Source of the DNA: a virus
Virus record (IMG/VR): IMGVR_UViG_3300009011_000012
Span: 1-64,000 of that record
Length of the DNA: 64,000 nucleotides
Direction: 5' to 3' (one strand)
Part shown: positions 11,434 through 19,959 of the stretch, one piece after another
Numbering within the stretch: the stretch's first letter is position 1
Layout: each line of letters opens with the position of its first letter
The notes under the pieces: generated by a model
What the model saw: only the letters and a program-made list of their open reading frames with translations
Told to the model about the DNA's origin: nothing
Databases searched by the model: none
Translations under genes and position numbers: made by a program

Positions 11434-12087
11434 TTAACTGAACGGCCTAGGCTTTAACTCAAGGGCCTTCTCCCAATCAGTTTTTTCTTCAAAATAGGCC
11501 TGATCAGCTTCATTATCATCATCCATAACCTGTTCCATCATAGATGCAGGAAATTTCCTATAGAGGGTCGATACACCAACGTCATAGATGATTGCCACTT
11601 GGTTCCTAGTTAATCCATTACGGATTAAGCGCCCCATTTGTTGCCATTCATCGTAAGAGTATTTTGGAGGCCTCCCGCCAATACGCCCTTTTTTTCTTGC
11701 TGCAGCCAAGCCTGCTCGGGTTCGCTCAATGATGATTTCCCTTTCCATTTCAGCAAGTGCTGACATGATGTGGAAAGTAAACCGCCCCATACTCGTATTG
11801 GTGTTAATCCCCTCCGTTATGGAGAGAAATTTCACATCCATTTTTTTAAATGTTTGCAATAGATCGGCCAGATTGATCAAGGAGCGCCCCAAGCGATCAA
11901 GTTTCCAAACTACAACCGTGTCACCGGGTTTAAGGGTTTTGAGTAATTTGTTCAGGCCCGGGCGCTTTGCTTTAACTCCGGTCATTTTATCTTCAAAAAT
12001 TAGTTCACATTTTGCTCGTTCAATTGCATCACGCTGTAATTCAGGATTTTGGTCATTTGTTGACACCCTAACATAGCCAATTCGCAT
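11434..12087 (-). CDS. cin: Serine DNA invertase (Cin/Min/Gin family)
   Basis: MRIGYVRVSTNDQN, VVWKLDRLGRS, GRIGGRPP, C-terminal HTH VSTLYRKFP; adjacent to cix-like sites. Confidence 0.92.
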   Translation of the reverse strand: MRIGYVRVSTNDQNPELQRDAIERAKCELIFEDKMTGVKAKRPGLNKLLKTLKPGDTVVVWKLDRLGRSLINLADLLQTFKKMDVKFLSITEGINTNTSMGRFTFHIMSALAEMEREIIIERTRAGLAAARKKGRIGGRPPKYSYDEWQQMGRLIRNGLTRNQVAIIYDVGVSTLYRKFPASMMEQVMDDDNEADQAYFEEKTDWEKALELKPRPFS

Positions 12088-12165
12088 AACTTTTAACCAA
12101 TTAAATACCCTTTAAAAAGTGACTGATTGTAAACAAGAATCGGCAAGCATTTCATTCAAAACGTT

Positions 12166-12510
12166 GGTTTAAGAGAAGCAAGGTTTGTAACAAGCAGAGG
12201 TCGTAATGCGAATGGTCAATGGATTATTTGGTCTGATGGAGCTATCGAGGTTATGGGTTATGGCGTAACCATTGAAAATGGATTGGCCACAGTAACGTAT
12301 CCGATCGAGTTACCTGATGTGAGCCGTTATATCAGTATTGCTGAACGGCTTGCTGGGGACTCTGGTACTGCGTTCAATTCTACTCATACATCTATGGTCA
12401 TCGACTCATTAACAACAAAAGCGGGTTTTAAAGCTCGTTGCACAATGGCAGCAACGGGTGCTCCTTCAAGCAATGGATTTTCATGGAGAGTGTACTATGC
12501 GCCTATTTAA
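12166..12510 (+). CDS. Silent tail-fibre variable cassette Sv1
   Basis: GLREARFVTSRG...WRVYYAPI; no own start; begins at the crossover site. Confidence 0.85.
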   Translation, partial: GLREARFVTSRGRNANGQWIIWSDGAIEVMGYGVTIENGLATVTYPIELPDVSRYISIAERLAGDSGTAFNSTHTSMVIDSLTTKAGFKARCTMAATGAPSSNGFSWRVYYAPI

Positions 12511-12694
12511 TCCCAAAACAATGACAGAAGTAATACCAGGCTTTCATGATATCGCTGGTGCTATTGAACTACCCGAGGATAATTGGTTTTTTAGAGAAAA
12601 TGTAATTCCGGAAGGAAAAATGCTCGCCGTTACTCAATCAGGCGAGCCAATTTTGGTCGATGTTAATTCAGCGCGGGAGGAGTCGGATAGGTGA
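12497..12694 (+). CDS. Short tail-fibre assembly-like protein
   Basis: MRLFNPKTMTE...PEGKMLAVTQSGEPILVD; overlaps the Sv1 stop. Confidence 0.65.
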   Translation: MRLFNPKTMTEVIPGFHDIAGAIELPEDNWFFRENVIPEGKMLAVTQSGEPILVDVNSAREESDR

Positions 12695-12769
12695 TGTTGG
12701 GTGCTGAGGTGATATCTACCTCCTTGAGCGCCTTAATATAGAGCATGAAAAGCATACGCGCTTAACGTT

Positions 12770-13114
12770 GGTTTAGGAGAGGCAGCGAAAATGGAGGCTG
12801 TCACAGCCCAATTAGCGGTTAATGGATGGCTTAAAATTCCTTTGCCAGGAGATCAAAATATTTATCTTCAGTGGACTGTTCTTACTTCGTCAAAAATCGA
12901 TATAAGCGGTGGAGAGATAGATGTCATGTCTTTCACGTGGCCTATAGCTTTCCCACATGGCGTACTGGCAATAAGTAATTCAGCAAACACCTATGTTCAA
13001 GCAGTTAGAAGCATCGAAGGTGCTAACCGATTGGGAGGGAAGCTGTTAGTAATGGCGCATAGCGGCAATATCGCACACACACCTGTGACAAGTATCATGG
13101 CGATCGGGTATTAA
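12770..13114 (+). CDS. Silent tail-fibre variable cassette Sv2
   Basis: GLGEAAK...GWLKIP...YLQW...WPIAFP...AIGY. Confidence 0.88.
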   Translation, partial: GLGEAAKMEAVTAQLAVNGWLKIPLPGDQNIYLQWTVLTSSKIDISGGEIDVMSFTWPIAFPHGVLAISNSANTYVQAVRSIEGANRLGGKLLVMAHSGNIAHTPVTSIMAIGY

Positions 13115-13220
13115 AGGTTGTTTTTTCACACTAATCGAAATACCCGGAGGCAAGATGCTCGCCAAAAATGAAACCGGCGAGCCAATTTTGATTGGAATTA
13201 GTTATGTTCAGGAGGAATTT
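13115..13220 (+). pseudogene. Degenerate remnant of the short assembly gene
   Basis: ATACCCGGAGGCAAGATGCTCGCC...GGCGAGCCAATTTTG closely copies about 12605-12657; 5' part missing. Confidence 0.55.
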
Positions 13221-13262
13221 GCAGGTTGATATTAGATACTATGCAGATTTCTTCTGTGAAAG

Positions 13263-13601
13263 TTATTTACCTATGGCAATAATCATGGTCCCGTACTTTC
13301 CTGCCTTTGATGTTTTGATTTTCGCGAGCGTTCGATCACCTCCTATGATTTTGTACGTAGGCGCTTCTGTCTGTGTTGGATCTACCCACATAGCGGATAT
13401 TGCTAACAACGAATAGGGAAAAGCTACCGGGTAAACTGCTGGTGTTCCCTCTAAATCTGAGCTGTAAACATCAACTGAAAAGACCTGTACAATATGGCCG
13501 CTAGGTAATTTGAACCATCTCAGATCAGAAGTGAATGAACTCATATCGGGGAGCTGATTTGCGCCGGTGCCTACTGTTCTTTTCGCTGCCTCTCCTAAAC
13601 C
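13263..13601 (-). CDS. Silent tail-fibre variable cassette Sv3
   Basis: GLGEAAKRTVGTGANQLPDM...FKLPSG...YPVAFP...AIGK. Confidence 0.88.
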   Translation of the reverse strand, partial: GLGEAAKRTVGTGANQLPDMSSFTSDLRWFKLPSGHIVQVFSVDVYSSDLEGTPAVYPVAFPYSLLAISAMWVDPTQTEAPTYKIIGGDRTLAKIKTSKAGKYGTMIIAIGK

Positions 13602-13635
13602 AACGATTTTAGAGTATAAATTTAATACTACGCGT

Positions 13636-13992
13636 TCAGCATCCCATCACAATGAAGAATATGGAATTTGTAGTCGGTGTTACGTAGGTAAAGTTAACTT
13701 GAGAACGGGAAGTAAGTGCCGTATTAAATCCAACGGACCGTACAGACGGATCTTGTGTACTAAACATTGCGATAACAGAAAGTAATGCTGTAGGCATTGC
13801 GATTGGGAGGTTTACATATTTATTTGAAACCACACCATTCGTTGTGTCTACAGCAAACCATCCCCATTGAATGATCAAACCACCAGGCAATTTTGAATAG
13901 CCGTTAGTGCTCATGTTGCTTGAGAAAAATGACATATCCGGTATCTGGTTAGCAGCAGAACCAATTGATCGTTTCGCTGCCTCTCCTAAACC
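13636..13992 (-). CDS. Silent tail-fibre variable cassette Sv4
   Basis: GLGEAAKRSIG...KLPGGLIIQWG...VMGC. Confidence 0.88.
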   Translation of the reverse strand, partial: GLGEAAKRSIGSAANQIPDMSFFSSNMSTNGYSKLPGGLIIQWGWFAVDTTNGVVSNKYVNLPIAMPTALLSVIAMFSTQDPSVRSVGFNTALTSRSQVNFTYVTPTTNSIFFIVMGC

Positions 13993-14031
13993 AACGTATG
14001 CAGTGCTTAAAAAATACACGCGCTTAACGTT

Positions 14032-14397
14032 GGTTTAGGAGAAGCTGCTAAGAGAAGTATTGGGAACGGCGCAAATCAGGTTCCTGATATGGGTTTTTTC
14101 AAATCTCAGATAGGATCTAACGGCTACGCTTGCTCTCCAAGCGGATACATTTTGCAATGGGGCCTACTTACCGGGGGGAATCAGTATGATTTTAACTTTC
14201 CCATATCTTTCCCTACCGGAGGTTTCATTTTAATTGGAATGGCACATACTACCGATACTGCCGGTGTAACTGCACTATCGATAGTAAATGGGTTTATCAG
14301 AGGTAATTCTGCAGGATATTTAGCAAGTGCCAATATCATTAACGGGGCACCTCAGTATTTCGCTAGATCGATACAGTGGTTTGCCTTAGGAAAATGA
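14032..14397 (+). CDS. Silent tail-fibre variable cassette Sv5
   Basis: GLGEAAKRSIGNG...ILQWG...FPISFP...WFALGK. Confidence 0.88.
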   Translation, partial: GLGEAAKRSIGNGANQVPDMGFFKSQIGSNGYACSPSGYILQWGLLTGGNQYDFNFPISFPTGGFILIGMAHTTDTAGVTALSIVNGFIRGNSAGYLASANIINGAPQYFARSIQWFALGK

Positions 14398-14406
14398 TAA
14401 TTTCAG

Positions 14407-14763
14407 TTAGTAACCAAGCATAATATAACAAGCTGTTTGGAGTCTCGTTGGGATGTGTGGGTATGGTGCATTAGAAACGTCTCTAAAGACTGCAGAAAAT
14501 CCAATGGTTGACCGAGGACCGAAGGAAGCAGTGAAGCCACCATTGATGGTATCGACTCCAGTCAGTAATCCACTTAAAACCCCACTGGGAAAAGCAATCG
14601 GATAGGTTGCTTCTCCCACTGTGCCTGCTCCAGAATTTGAAACCGTCCCCCATTGAAGGAGCAAAATTTTTTGTTTCCCCGCCTCACTTAATGGAATCTT
14701 CAAGTACCCTCCAGCGGAAATTAGTCCTAGGATGCCGCTACGATCTGAGGCCTCTCCTAAACC
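14407..14763 (-). CDS. Silent tail-fibre variable cassette Sv6
   Basis: GLGEASDRSG...LLLQWG...YPIAFP...MLGY. Confidence 0.88.
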   Translation of the reverse strand, partial: GLGEASDRSGILGLISAGGYLKIPLSEAGKQKILLLQWGTVSNSGAGTVGEATYPIAFPSGVLSGLLTGVDTINGGFTASFGPRSTIGFSAVFRDVSNAPYPHIPTRLQTACYIMLGY

Positions 14764-14799
14764 AACGTATTAAGCGCTCAAAAGGTATACTCTGAAGTA

Positions 14800-15180
14800 T
14801 CAATACCCGATTGCAAACCAGCAGAAGCTGTTTCCTCCCCCGCTACTTGAGACGTAGGCAGTAGTCGAGTGGAGTGACCATGTAAATTTACCGGCTGAAT
14901 ATGGATAGGCACTTGCTATATAAGTATTAATAACATCGTTTGACGAGGTAATGATATTTATCACCGAATTTGGGAAAGTGATAGGGAAATTTCTTTCTCC
15001 AATATACTTACTTACACTGCCTCCGAGTACAGCATAGGCACTATGTTCTCCCGAGTAATCAACCCTTATTCTCCCCCACTGAACTATCAACTTTTTTCCA
15101 TCTTTGGTTGGAACTGCCAACCATCCATCCACATCTTGTGCGCCTTCTGCAGGTTTTAGTTTGATGACTTCTTCTAAACC
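14800..15180 (-). CDS. Silent tail-fibre variable cassette Sv7
   Basis: GLEEVIKLKP...LIVQWG...FPITFP...WFAIGY. Confidence 0.88.
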   Translation of the reverse strand, partial: GLEEVIKLKPAEGAQDVDGWLAVPTKDGKKLIVQWGRIRVDYSGEHSAYAVLGGSVSKYIGERNFPITFPNSVINIITSSNDVINTYIASAYPYSAGKFTWSLHSTTAYVSSSGGGNSFCWFAIGY

Positions 15181-15219
15181 AACGTTAAGCGCGTGTATTT
15201 TTTAAGCACTGCATACGTT

Positions 15220-15585
15220 GGTTTGGGAGAAGCTGCGCGACGTGATATCGGCACGGGGTCAAATCAACTCCCGGAGATGAGTATGTTCGCTAGCGCATTT
15301 AGTGGCGCAAGCGGTTACTGCAAGCTGCCTAATGGCGTAATATTGCAAAGTGCCGCCATTAGTGGCATTCCTGCTGGCGGTTCGCTTGAAGTCACCTATC
15401 CGATCCCATTTCCTAACCTAATGATGTTTGTAATTGCAGCCCCGGCGATCGCTGCTAATGGAACAACACCCATTTCAATTGCGATAGACGCAGCATCTGT
15501 AACCGACCCCAAAAAAACCATCATGATAAGGAATATTTCAACAGTAAATAATGGTGGGACGCGCCTGTTTGCGTTAGGTAGATAG
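15220..15585 (+). CDS. Silent tail-fibre variable cassette Sv8
   Basis: GLGEAARRDIGTG...KLPNG...YPIPFP...FALGR. Confidence 0.88.
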   Translation, partial: GLGEAARRDIGTGSNQLPEMSMFASAFSGASGYCKLPNGVILQSAAISGIPAGGSLEVTYPIPFPNLMMFVIAAPAIAANGTTPISIAIDAASVTDPKKTIMIRNISTVNNGGTRLFALGR

Positions 15586-15662
15586 CGAATAGGCAAACAA
15601 CGAATTTTATGCACCTATTTCACATAGTTCATAGCATTGAATCTTCATGTGAGAGGGCAAAT

Positions 15663-16136
15663 ATGGAATACTTTTACAGCGCTTCAACAAATGCTTTTTA
15701 TCCAGCGGCTTTGTTGGACAGTTACAAACAGGCCGGAACTCTACCTGATGACATCCAATCAGTAGGGGAGGATGTTTTCATGGAATTTACCGCAACACAA
15801 TTAGGTATGCGACGAGTGCCCAATCAGGAGGGTTTCCCCATGTGGGAGGCCATACCTGCAGTGGTGCTGACTCAGGACGAGATAAAAAGTAAAGCAAGAA
15901 AGTTACGTGATAGCTTCATATCCGCAACAGATAGCATGCTCGTTTCAGACTACACCATTAACGATACCGAGCTCACCGAGGATGAAAGGGAGGAGCTAAT
16001 GAGCGTCAGGCTCACCTTCAAGAAATGGCCAACAAATGATGGCTGGCCTGGTATAGCATTACCTGACATTCCTCAATGGTTATTGGTTGAAGCGGTTAAT
16101 AATGGGTACAGAGTATACAGCTGGCCTGAAGAGTAA
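15663..16136 (+). CDS. Tail fibre assembly chaperone (Tfa/U-like)
   Basis: MEYFYSASTNAFYP...LPDD...GFPMW, typical of Tfa. Confidence 0.85.
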   Translation: MEYFYSASTNAFYPAALLDSYKQAGTLPDDIQSVGEDVFMEFTATQLGMRRVPNQEGFPMWEAIPAVVLTQDEIKSKARKLRDSFISATDSMLVSDYTINDTELTEDEREELMSVRLTFKKWPTNDGWPGIALPDIPQWLLVEAVNNGYRVYSWPEE

Positions 16137-16233
16137 AATCATAATATCAAGCACCATATGACATGGTGCTTTTAACTAACTTTTTAGATAGGCATTGTGT
16201 TTTTATTAGGTCATTTAATTGATTCTAAAGACA

Positions 16234-17592
16234 TCAGTATCCGATTGAAAACCACGTAAACATACGGGAGTTACCAGGTAGCGTATCATCAAGGAAAAAC
16301 TGAGCATTAGCGCCGGTTTTCGTTGGGTAGCCGACTGAAACAGCTTGCCTTAAAGTTCTATAGACTGGCACATAATCATAATTTGATGCCCTTACGCCTG
16401 CGCTTGAATATATACCGAAGCAAGCCGACGGGAACGCGACTGGAAACGTAATATCACAATTATATGTAGTGCTTGTTACTCCCCCCTCCCATCGCCCCCA
16501 TTGAAGTATTATTTGCTTACCCCCGTATATAGGCAGGTTTAGCCAACCAGAGCCTAAAAGTGTGCCAGTTGCCGCTGGCAGTTTAGCGGCCTCTCCTAAA
16601 CCAAGGTATTCGAGAATACCGGCAACCGTTTTACCAGAAAGATCTGTGAGGGTTTGGTTAAGCGGCTGCTTGCCATCGAGGGCCTTTTTCATAGTAGATG
16701 CAAACTGGGGATCATTATTCAGCGCAGCAGCAAGCTCACTTAGAGTATCGAGGCCCTCGGGAGTTGAACCACCTACCAGAGCAGAAATCGCCGCCTTAAC
16801 GAAAGCGGTGGTGGCTATCTGTGTGTTATTTACCGTTTGGTCAGCTGTAGGAGCCTTAGGTGTCCCGGTTAACGTCGGGCTCGCCAATGGGGCCTTAAGG
16901 TCTAGTGCCTTATCAATTGTCTGCGCGAAATTACCATCGTTGTTTATCGCTGCGGCTAGCTGGGCCAGTGTAGAGAGGGCTTCCGGCACTCCCTCCCCAG
17001 ACAGGAAGGAAATCGCTTTTTTAATAGCGAGGGAGTTCGCAGCGACCCCTTCTTCTTCGCTATCAAGTTCTGCGCTTAACTGAAGCCCCAAGCTGCGAAA
17101 TACACGGAAAGAGGTGTCTATCATTTCCGATGTAATCTGCGTTGCCCCCTCCGGTACCGCAACCCGGCACAACTCTATTTGGCCGTCTTTTAGTTGCTGA
17201 GCCGTAATAGTAACAATCTCAGCTGCATTAACAGTCGATTCGTCCGTTACTTGGCTCGTTTTCACACCAAACTTATAAAAAGCCTGCAACGCGATAATCG
17301 TTGTCTGGCCAGCAGGGATGTCGACGTCAATATCTAAAATCTGCTGTACTGACAACTGGACGTTATCAATATCAACAGACGCAGCACCGCCTTCATTGCC
17401 GGAGGTCACTGTAACCTTCAGACCGTTGCCAGGCACGACATTAAAACCTGAATAGATTCCAGGCTTAATAATATTTTTAAATTTCCGGTTTAATGCTGTT
17501 GAGGTGTAGGCCTCGTAAAACTGTACGTCTGTGATCAGGCTCTTACGAGAATCTGCGGCCAGAAGGCTCACACCACTAATAGATCCGCTCAT
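16234..17592 (-). CDS. S: Tail fibre protein S (constant part plus currently fused cassette Sv9, 16234-16602)
   Basis: P1 S-like N-terminus (DVQFYEAYTSTALNRK); PEALSTLAQLAAA/PEGLDTLSELAAAL repeats; crossover site inside EYLGLGEAA. Confidence 0.92.
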   Translation of the reverse strand: MSGSISGVSLLAADSRKSLITDVQFYEAYTSTALNRKFKNIIKPGIYSGFNVVPGNGLKVTVTSGNEGGAASVDIDNVQLSVQQILDIDVDIPAGQTTIIALQAFYKFGVKTSQVTDESTVNAAEIVTITAQQLKDGQIELCRVAVPEGATQITSEMIDTSFRVFRSLGLQLSAELDSEEEGVAANSLAIKKAISFLSGEGVPEALSTLAQLAAAINNDGNFAQTIDKALDLKAPLASPTLTGTPKAPTADQTVNNTQIATTAFVKAAISALVGGSTPEGLDTLSELAAALNNDPQFASTMKKALDGKQPLNQTLTDLSGKTVAGILEYLGLGEAAKLPAATGTLLGSGWLNLPIYGGKQIILQWGRWEGGVTSTTYNCDITFPVAFPSACFGIYSSAGVRASNYDYVPVYRTLRQAVSVGYPTKTGANAQFFLDDTLPGNSRMFTWFSIGY

Positions 17593-17594
17593 AC

Positions 17595-18044
17595 TCAGCT
17601 CCCCGCCTGCTCAATCATCATGATGATTGAGTAATTCTTTCCCAGGTATACAGTATCTTGCTGAGTAGCAAGCACGGCGATGGCTTTGTCTTCTGCGTCC
17701 AATAGCACGAGTGTATTGAAGTCGTAAACAGTGTCTTCCTCAAGGCTGTCTTGAGGCAACACGGCATTAAGCGTGATGATGTTCCCCTGAACTGACCGCA
17801 CAAGTTCACATTTCGCGAAGTTGGTAGTCATGTCTTCCAGCACGAAGTCAGTTGGGATATCTGAGATATTCCAACCACCAGCCTCATTCACCGAAACCAG
17901 CGTCGATTTGCCCCAGCATGCCGTTTTGATTTCAAAGCGTTGGCCGTTGCCGATCGCAGACTCCGCGCGGCGTGAGTAGTAGTAATCGAGTAATTGCGCT
18001 TTATAAAGCGTACCGCTAGTACGAGCGGCGAGAACATCAGCCAT
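17595..18044 (-). CDS. R: Tail fibre/baseplate protein R
   Basis: LLDYYYSRRAESAI as in P1 gpR; upstream of S. Confidence 0.8.
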   Translation of the reverse strand: MADVLAARTSGTLYKAQLLDYYYSRRAESAIGNGQRFEIKTACWGKSTLVSVNEAGGWNISDIPTDFVLEDMTTNFAKCELVRSVQGNIITLNAVLPQDSLEEDTVYDFNTLVLLDAEDKAIAVLATQQDTVYLGKNYSIIMMIEQAGS

Positions 18045-18120
18045 TTAAATCCCCTCAAAATGCACTGAGAGGAGTTCGAGCCCTTGAGTGGAATCAAACT
18101 CCGCAAGTGGTAGTCTGCGG

Positions 18121-18141
18121 AGTTTGTTGAGTTTGTGAAAT
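18121..18141 (-). promoter_or_regulatory. Candidate late promoter of R-S
   Basis: ATTTCACAAAC-N4-CAAACT on the minus strand. Confidence 0.55.
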
Positions 18142-18147
18142 TGAGCG

Positions 18148-19950
18148 TTAGGCGCTAGAACCTATCAGGTAATTTATTTTCCTGATAGTCTTTCTCCAGC
18201 TGCCTGCAGGCTCCTGTATGAGCACATGTTCGCTATCAACTGGGAATAGGATCGTCGCTAGGTCACCATTTGCGTATTCGATAATACAACCATGTAATCC
18301 AAGCGTTGACACGTATAACCCCACAACACCGGCAAACTCTCCGGTATCAGAAATTACCTGCTCAAAAATACGCGGATCAGGATTTTTTTCACCCGGGATG
18401 ATGGCTGGAACGATGTGGGTGTGTCCTATTGGCCACGCATCAAGCGGTAAGGTATCGAGTGTCAACGAAACTGCATCCAGTCCCCGTGGAACGCCATTAA
18501 ATTGTTGTTCACACACCCCAGTAAAGCTCCTGCCCTGCACCAGATGGGAATTATGATCATCCAACCTATAATGAACCTGCGAACTGACGTCTGCGTTTAT
18601 AATCCCTTCATTCACGGCGGAAAAAATCGGCTCAATGCTGGCTGACACATCACTTTGAAGAAAGTCGTCAGCGACTTCGCTAACAATAAACACATCTGAA
18701 CTTTCACCGCCCATCATCGATATGGCTATAGGAGCATCATTAAAATCGGCGTGATCATGCTCTGACCTGATTTGACCAAGTGTTATCTCGTTAAGCCTTT
18801 CGTGTACTGATGCACTCTGACGTATCTCATCAGCACACTGCAAATAGTTAATTTGACGAATCTCATCCCTCCAGTTACCGGCCAGAGGTTGTAATATCAC
18901 CTCATCAACGAAGCCGGGAAATCCGTACCGGACGACTCGACTATCTGCATACTCGACAATACAGCCGTACTGGCCAAGAGTTTTGAGCATCAAGCGAGAC
19001 TCTCCTTGGCTATATGTGAATAAAACAGTGGAATCAACCGTGAAATCGCGCCCGGACATATCCTGGGTATACAATCGCCCATCGCCCTCTTCTCTTGCAG
19101 GGATTATTGGTGGAATAATTGCTGTCATACCTAAGGGCCAAGCATCAAGCGGCATGCCATCAAAGCAAATAGGTATCATGTCCAGAGAGCGCTTAAGGCT
19201 TTTGATAACGCGATTTTCATTGAATGAAATGTTAGTTTTTACACCAACAGCGTCGGTCTTATCGCCGAAATCAAAGCTATGGTTGAAACTCATTTGAGTT
19301 TCAACAAATACAAGATTTTCCTTTTTCTCTATCGCTTTAAATACTAGCTGCAACGTTAAGCCGTCATAGACAATATGCAGTGGAATAAGAGGAACTATGA
19401 TTTTGGTAAAGTCAGACTGAAAACGCCTTATGCTCGCATTAATATCGTCAGCACCGTAAAGCTCATATAATTTGTTGAGATTAAGTACAACTCGACCACG
19501 GGAAGTAAGGAAAAAGTCCCCATAACTAGCGGTGGCTGACTCAACTTCTTGTGCCGTCGCCAAATACGATCCGTAAGGGGTTTTAACGATATCAGTGGGC
19601 GCGTACAACGGCTCCCAAGATACAGGCATCTCTCCGAACTCACGCCAAAGGGTCTGCTCGATTGGCCTAGTAGTGCCTTTGAAATGCACCTCATCGAGAC
19701 GCTGAGTAAGAAGCATGGGCCGCCGGGCTCTGTCTTCCTCTGCGATTATGAAGAAACGACCATATTCCGAAATCCGTGTATCCATATCTTCACTATCCAT
19801 GGTGAAAAAGGATTTGCGATTACTGATTCGCGTCAGGACCGGTTCGACAGTTTCATTCCACATGTCCTGCATCTTTTCAGTAAACGCAGCCCATAAATTT
19901 GAGCTGCGCTTAGCTGGTGTTAACTGCTCTTTCAGCCAATTTTCTTTCAC
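18148..19950 (-). CDS. 16: Baseplate protein gp16-like with a duplicated C-terminal module
   Basis: N-terminal WLKEQLTPAK...RISNRKSFF is P1 gp16-like; 600 aa with an internal repeat. Confidence 0.75.
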   Translation of the reverse strand: MKENWLKEQLTPAKRSSNLWAAFTEKMQDMWNETVEPVLTRISNRKSFFTMDSEDMDTRISEYGRFFIIAEEDRARRPMLLTQRLDEVHFKGTTRPIEQTLWREFGEMPVSWEPLYAPTDIVKTPYGSYLATAQEVESATASYGDFFLTSRGRVVLNLNKLYELYGADDINASIRRFQSDFTKIIVPLIPLHIVYDGLTLQLVFKAIEKKENLVFVETQMSFNHSFDFGDKTDAVGVKTNISFNENRVIKSLKRSLDMIPICFDGMPLDAWPLGMTAIIPPIIPAREEGDGRLYTQDMSGRDFTVDSTVLFTYSQGESRLMLKTLGQYGCIVEYADSRVVRYGFPGFVDEVILQPLAGNWRDEIRQINYLQCADEIRQSASVHERLNEITLGQIRSEHDHADFNDAPIAISMMGGESSDVFIVSEVADDFLQSDVSASIEPIFSAVNEGIINADVSSQVHYRLDDHNSHLVQGRSFTGVCEQQFNGVPRGLDAVSLTLDTLPLDAWPIGHTHIVPAIIPGEKNPDPRIFEQVISDTGEFAGVVGLYVSTLGLHGCIIEYANGDLATILFPVDSEHVLIQEPAGSWRKTIRKINYLIGSSA

Positions 19951-19959
19951 AGTTTTACC

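Larger units (their letters stand above)
12152..16616. mobile_element. Multiple DNA inversion region (tail-fibre shufflon) with nine cix/mix-like sites
   Basis: TTGGTTT(A/G)RRAGA-type sites with cores at 12164+, 12768+, 13602-, 13993-, 14030+, 14764-, 15181-, 15218+ and 16603-; each is followed by an in-frame GLxE cassette. Confidence 0.93.

Noticed and set aside
13993-14019. MYFLSTAYV starts on Sv4 and Sv8 as independent genes
   Set aside because: The GTG comes from the shared 35-bp spacer and has no RBS; these are silent cassettes.
12166-16602. Tail-fibre cassettes as a diversity-generating retroelement
   Set aside because: No reverse transcriptase and no TR/VR pair differing at adenines; invertase sites explain the layout.
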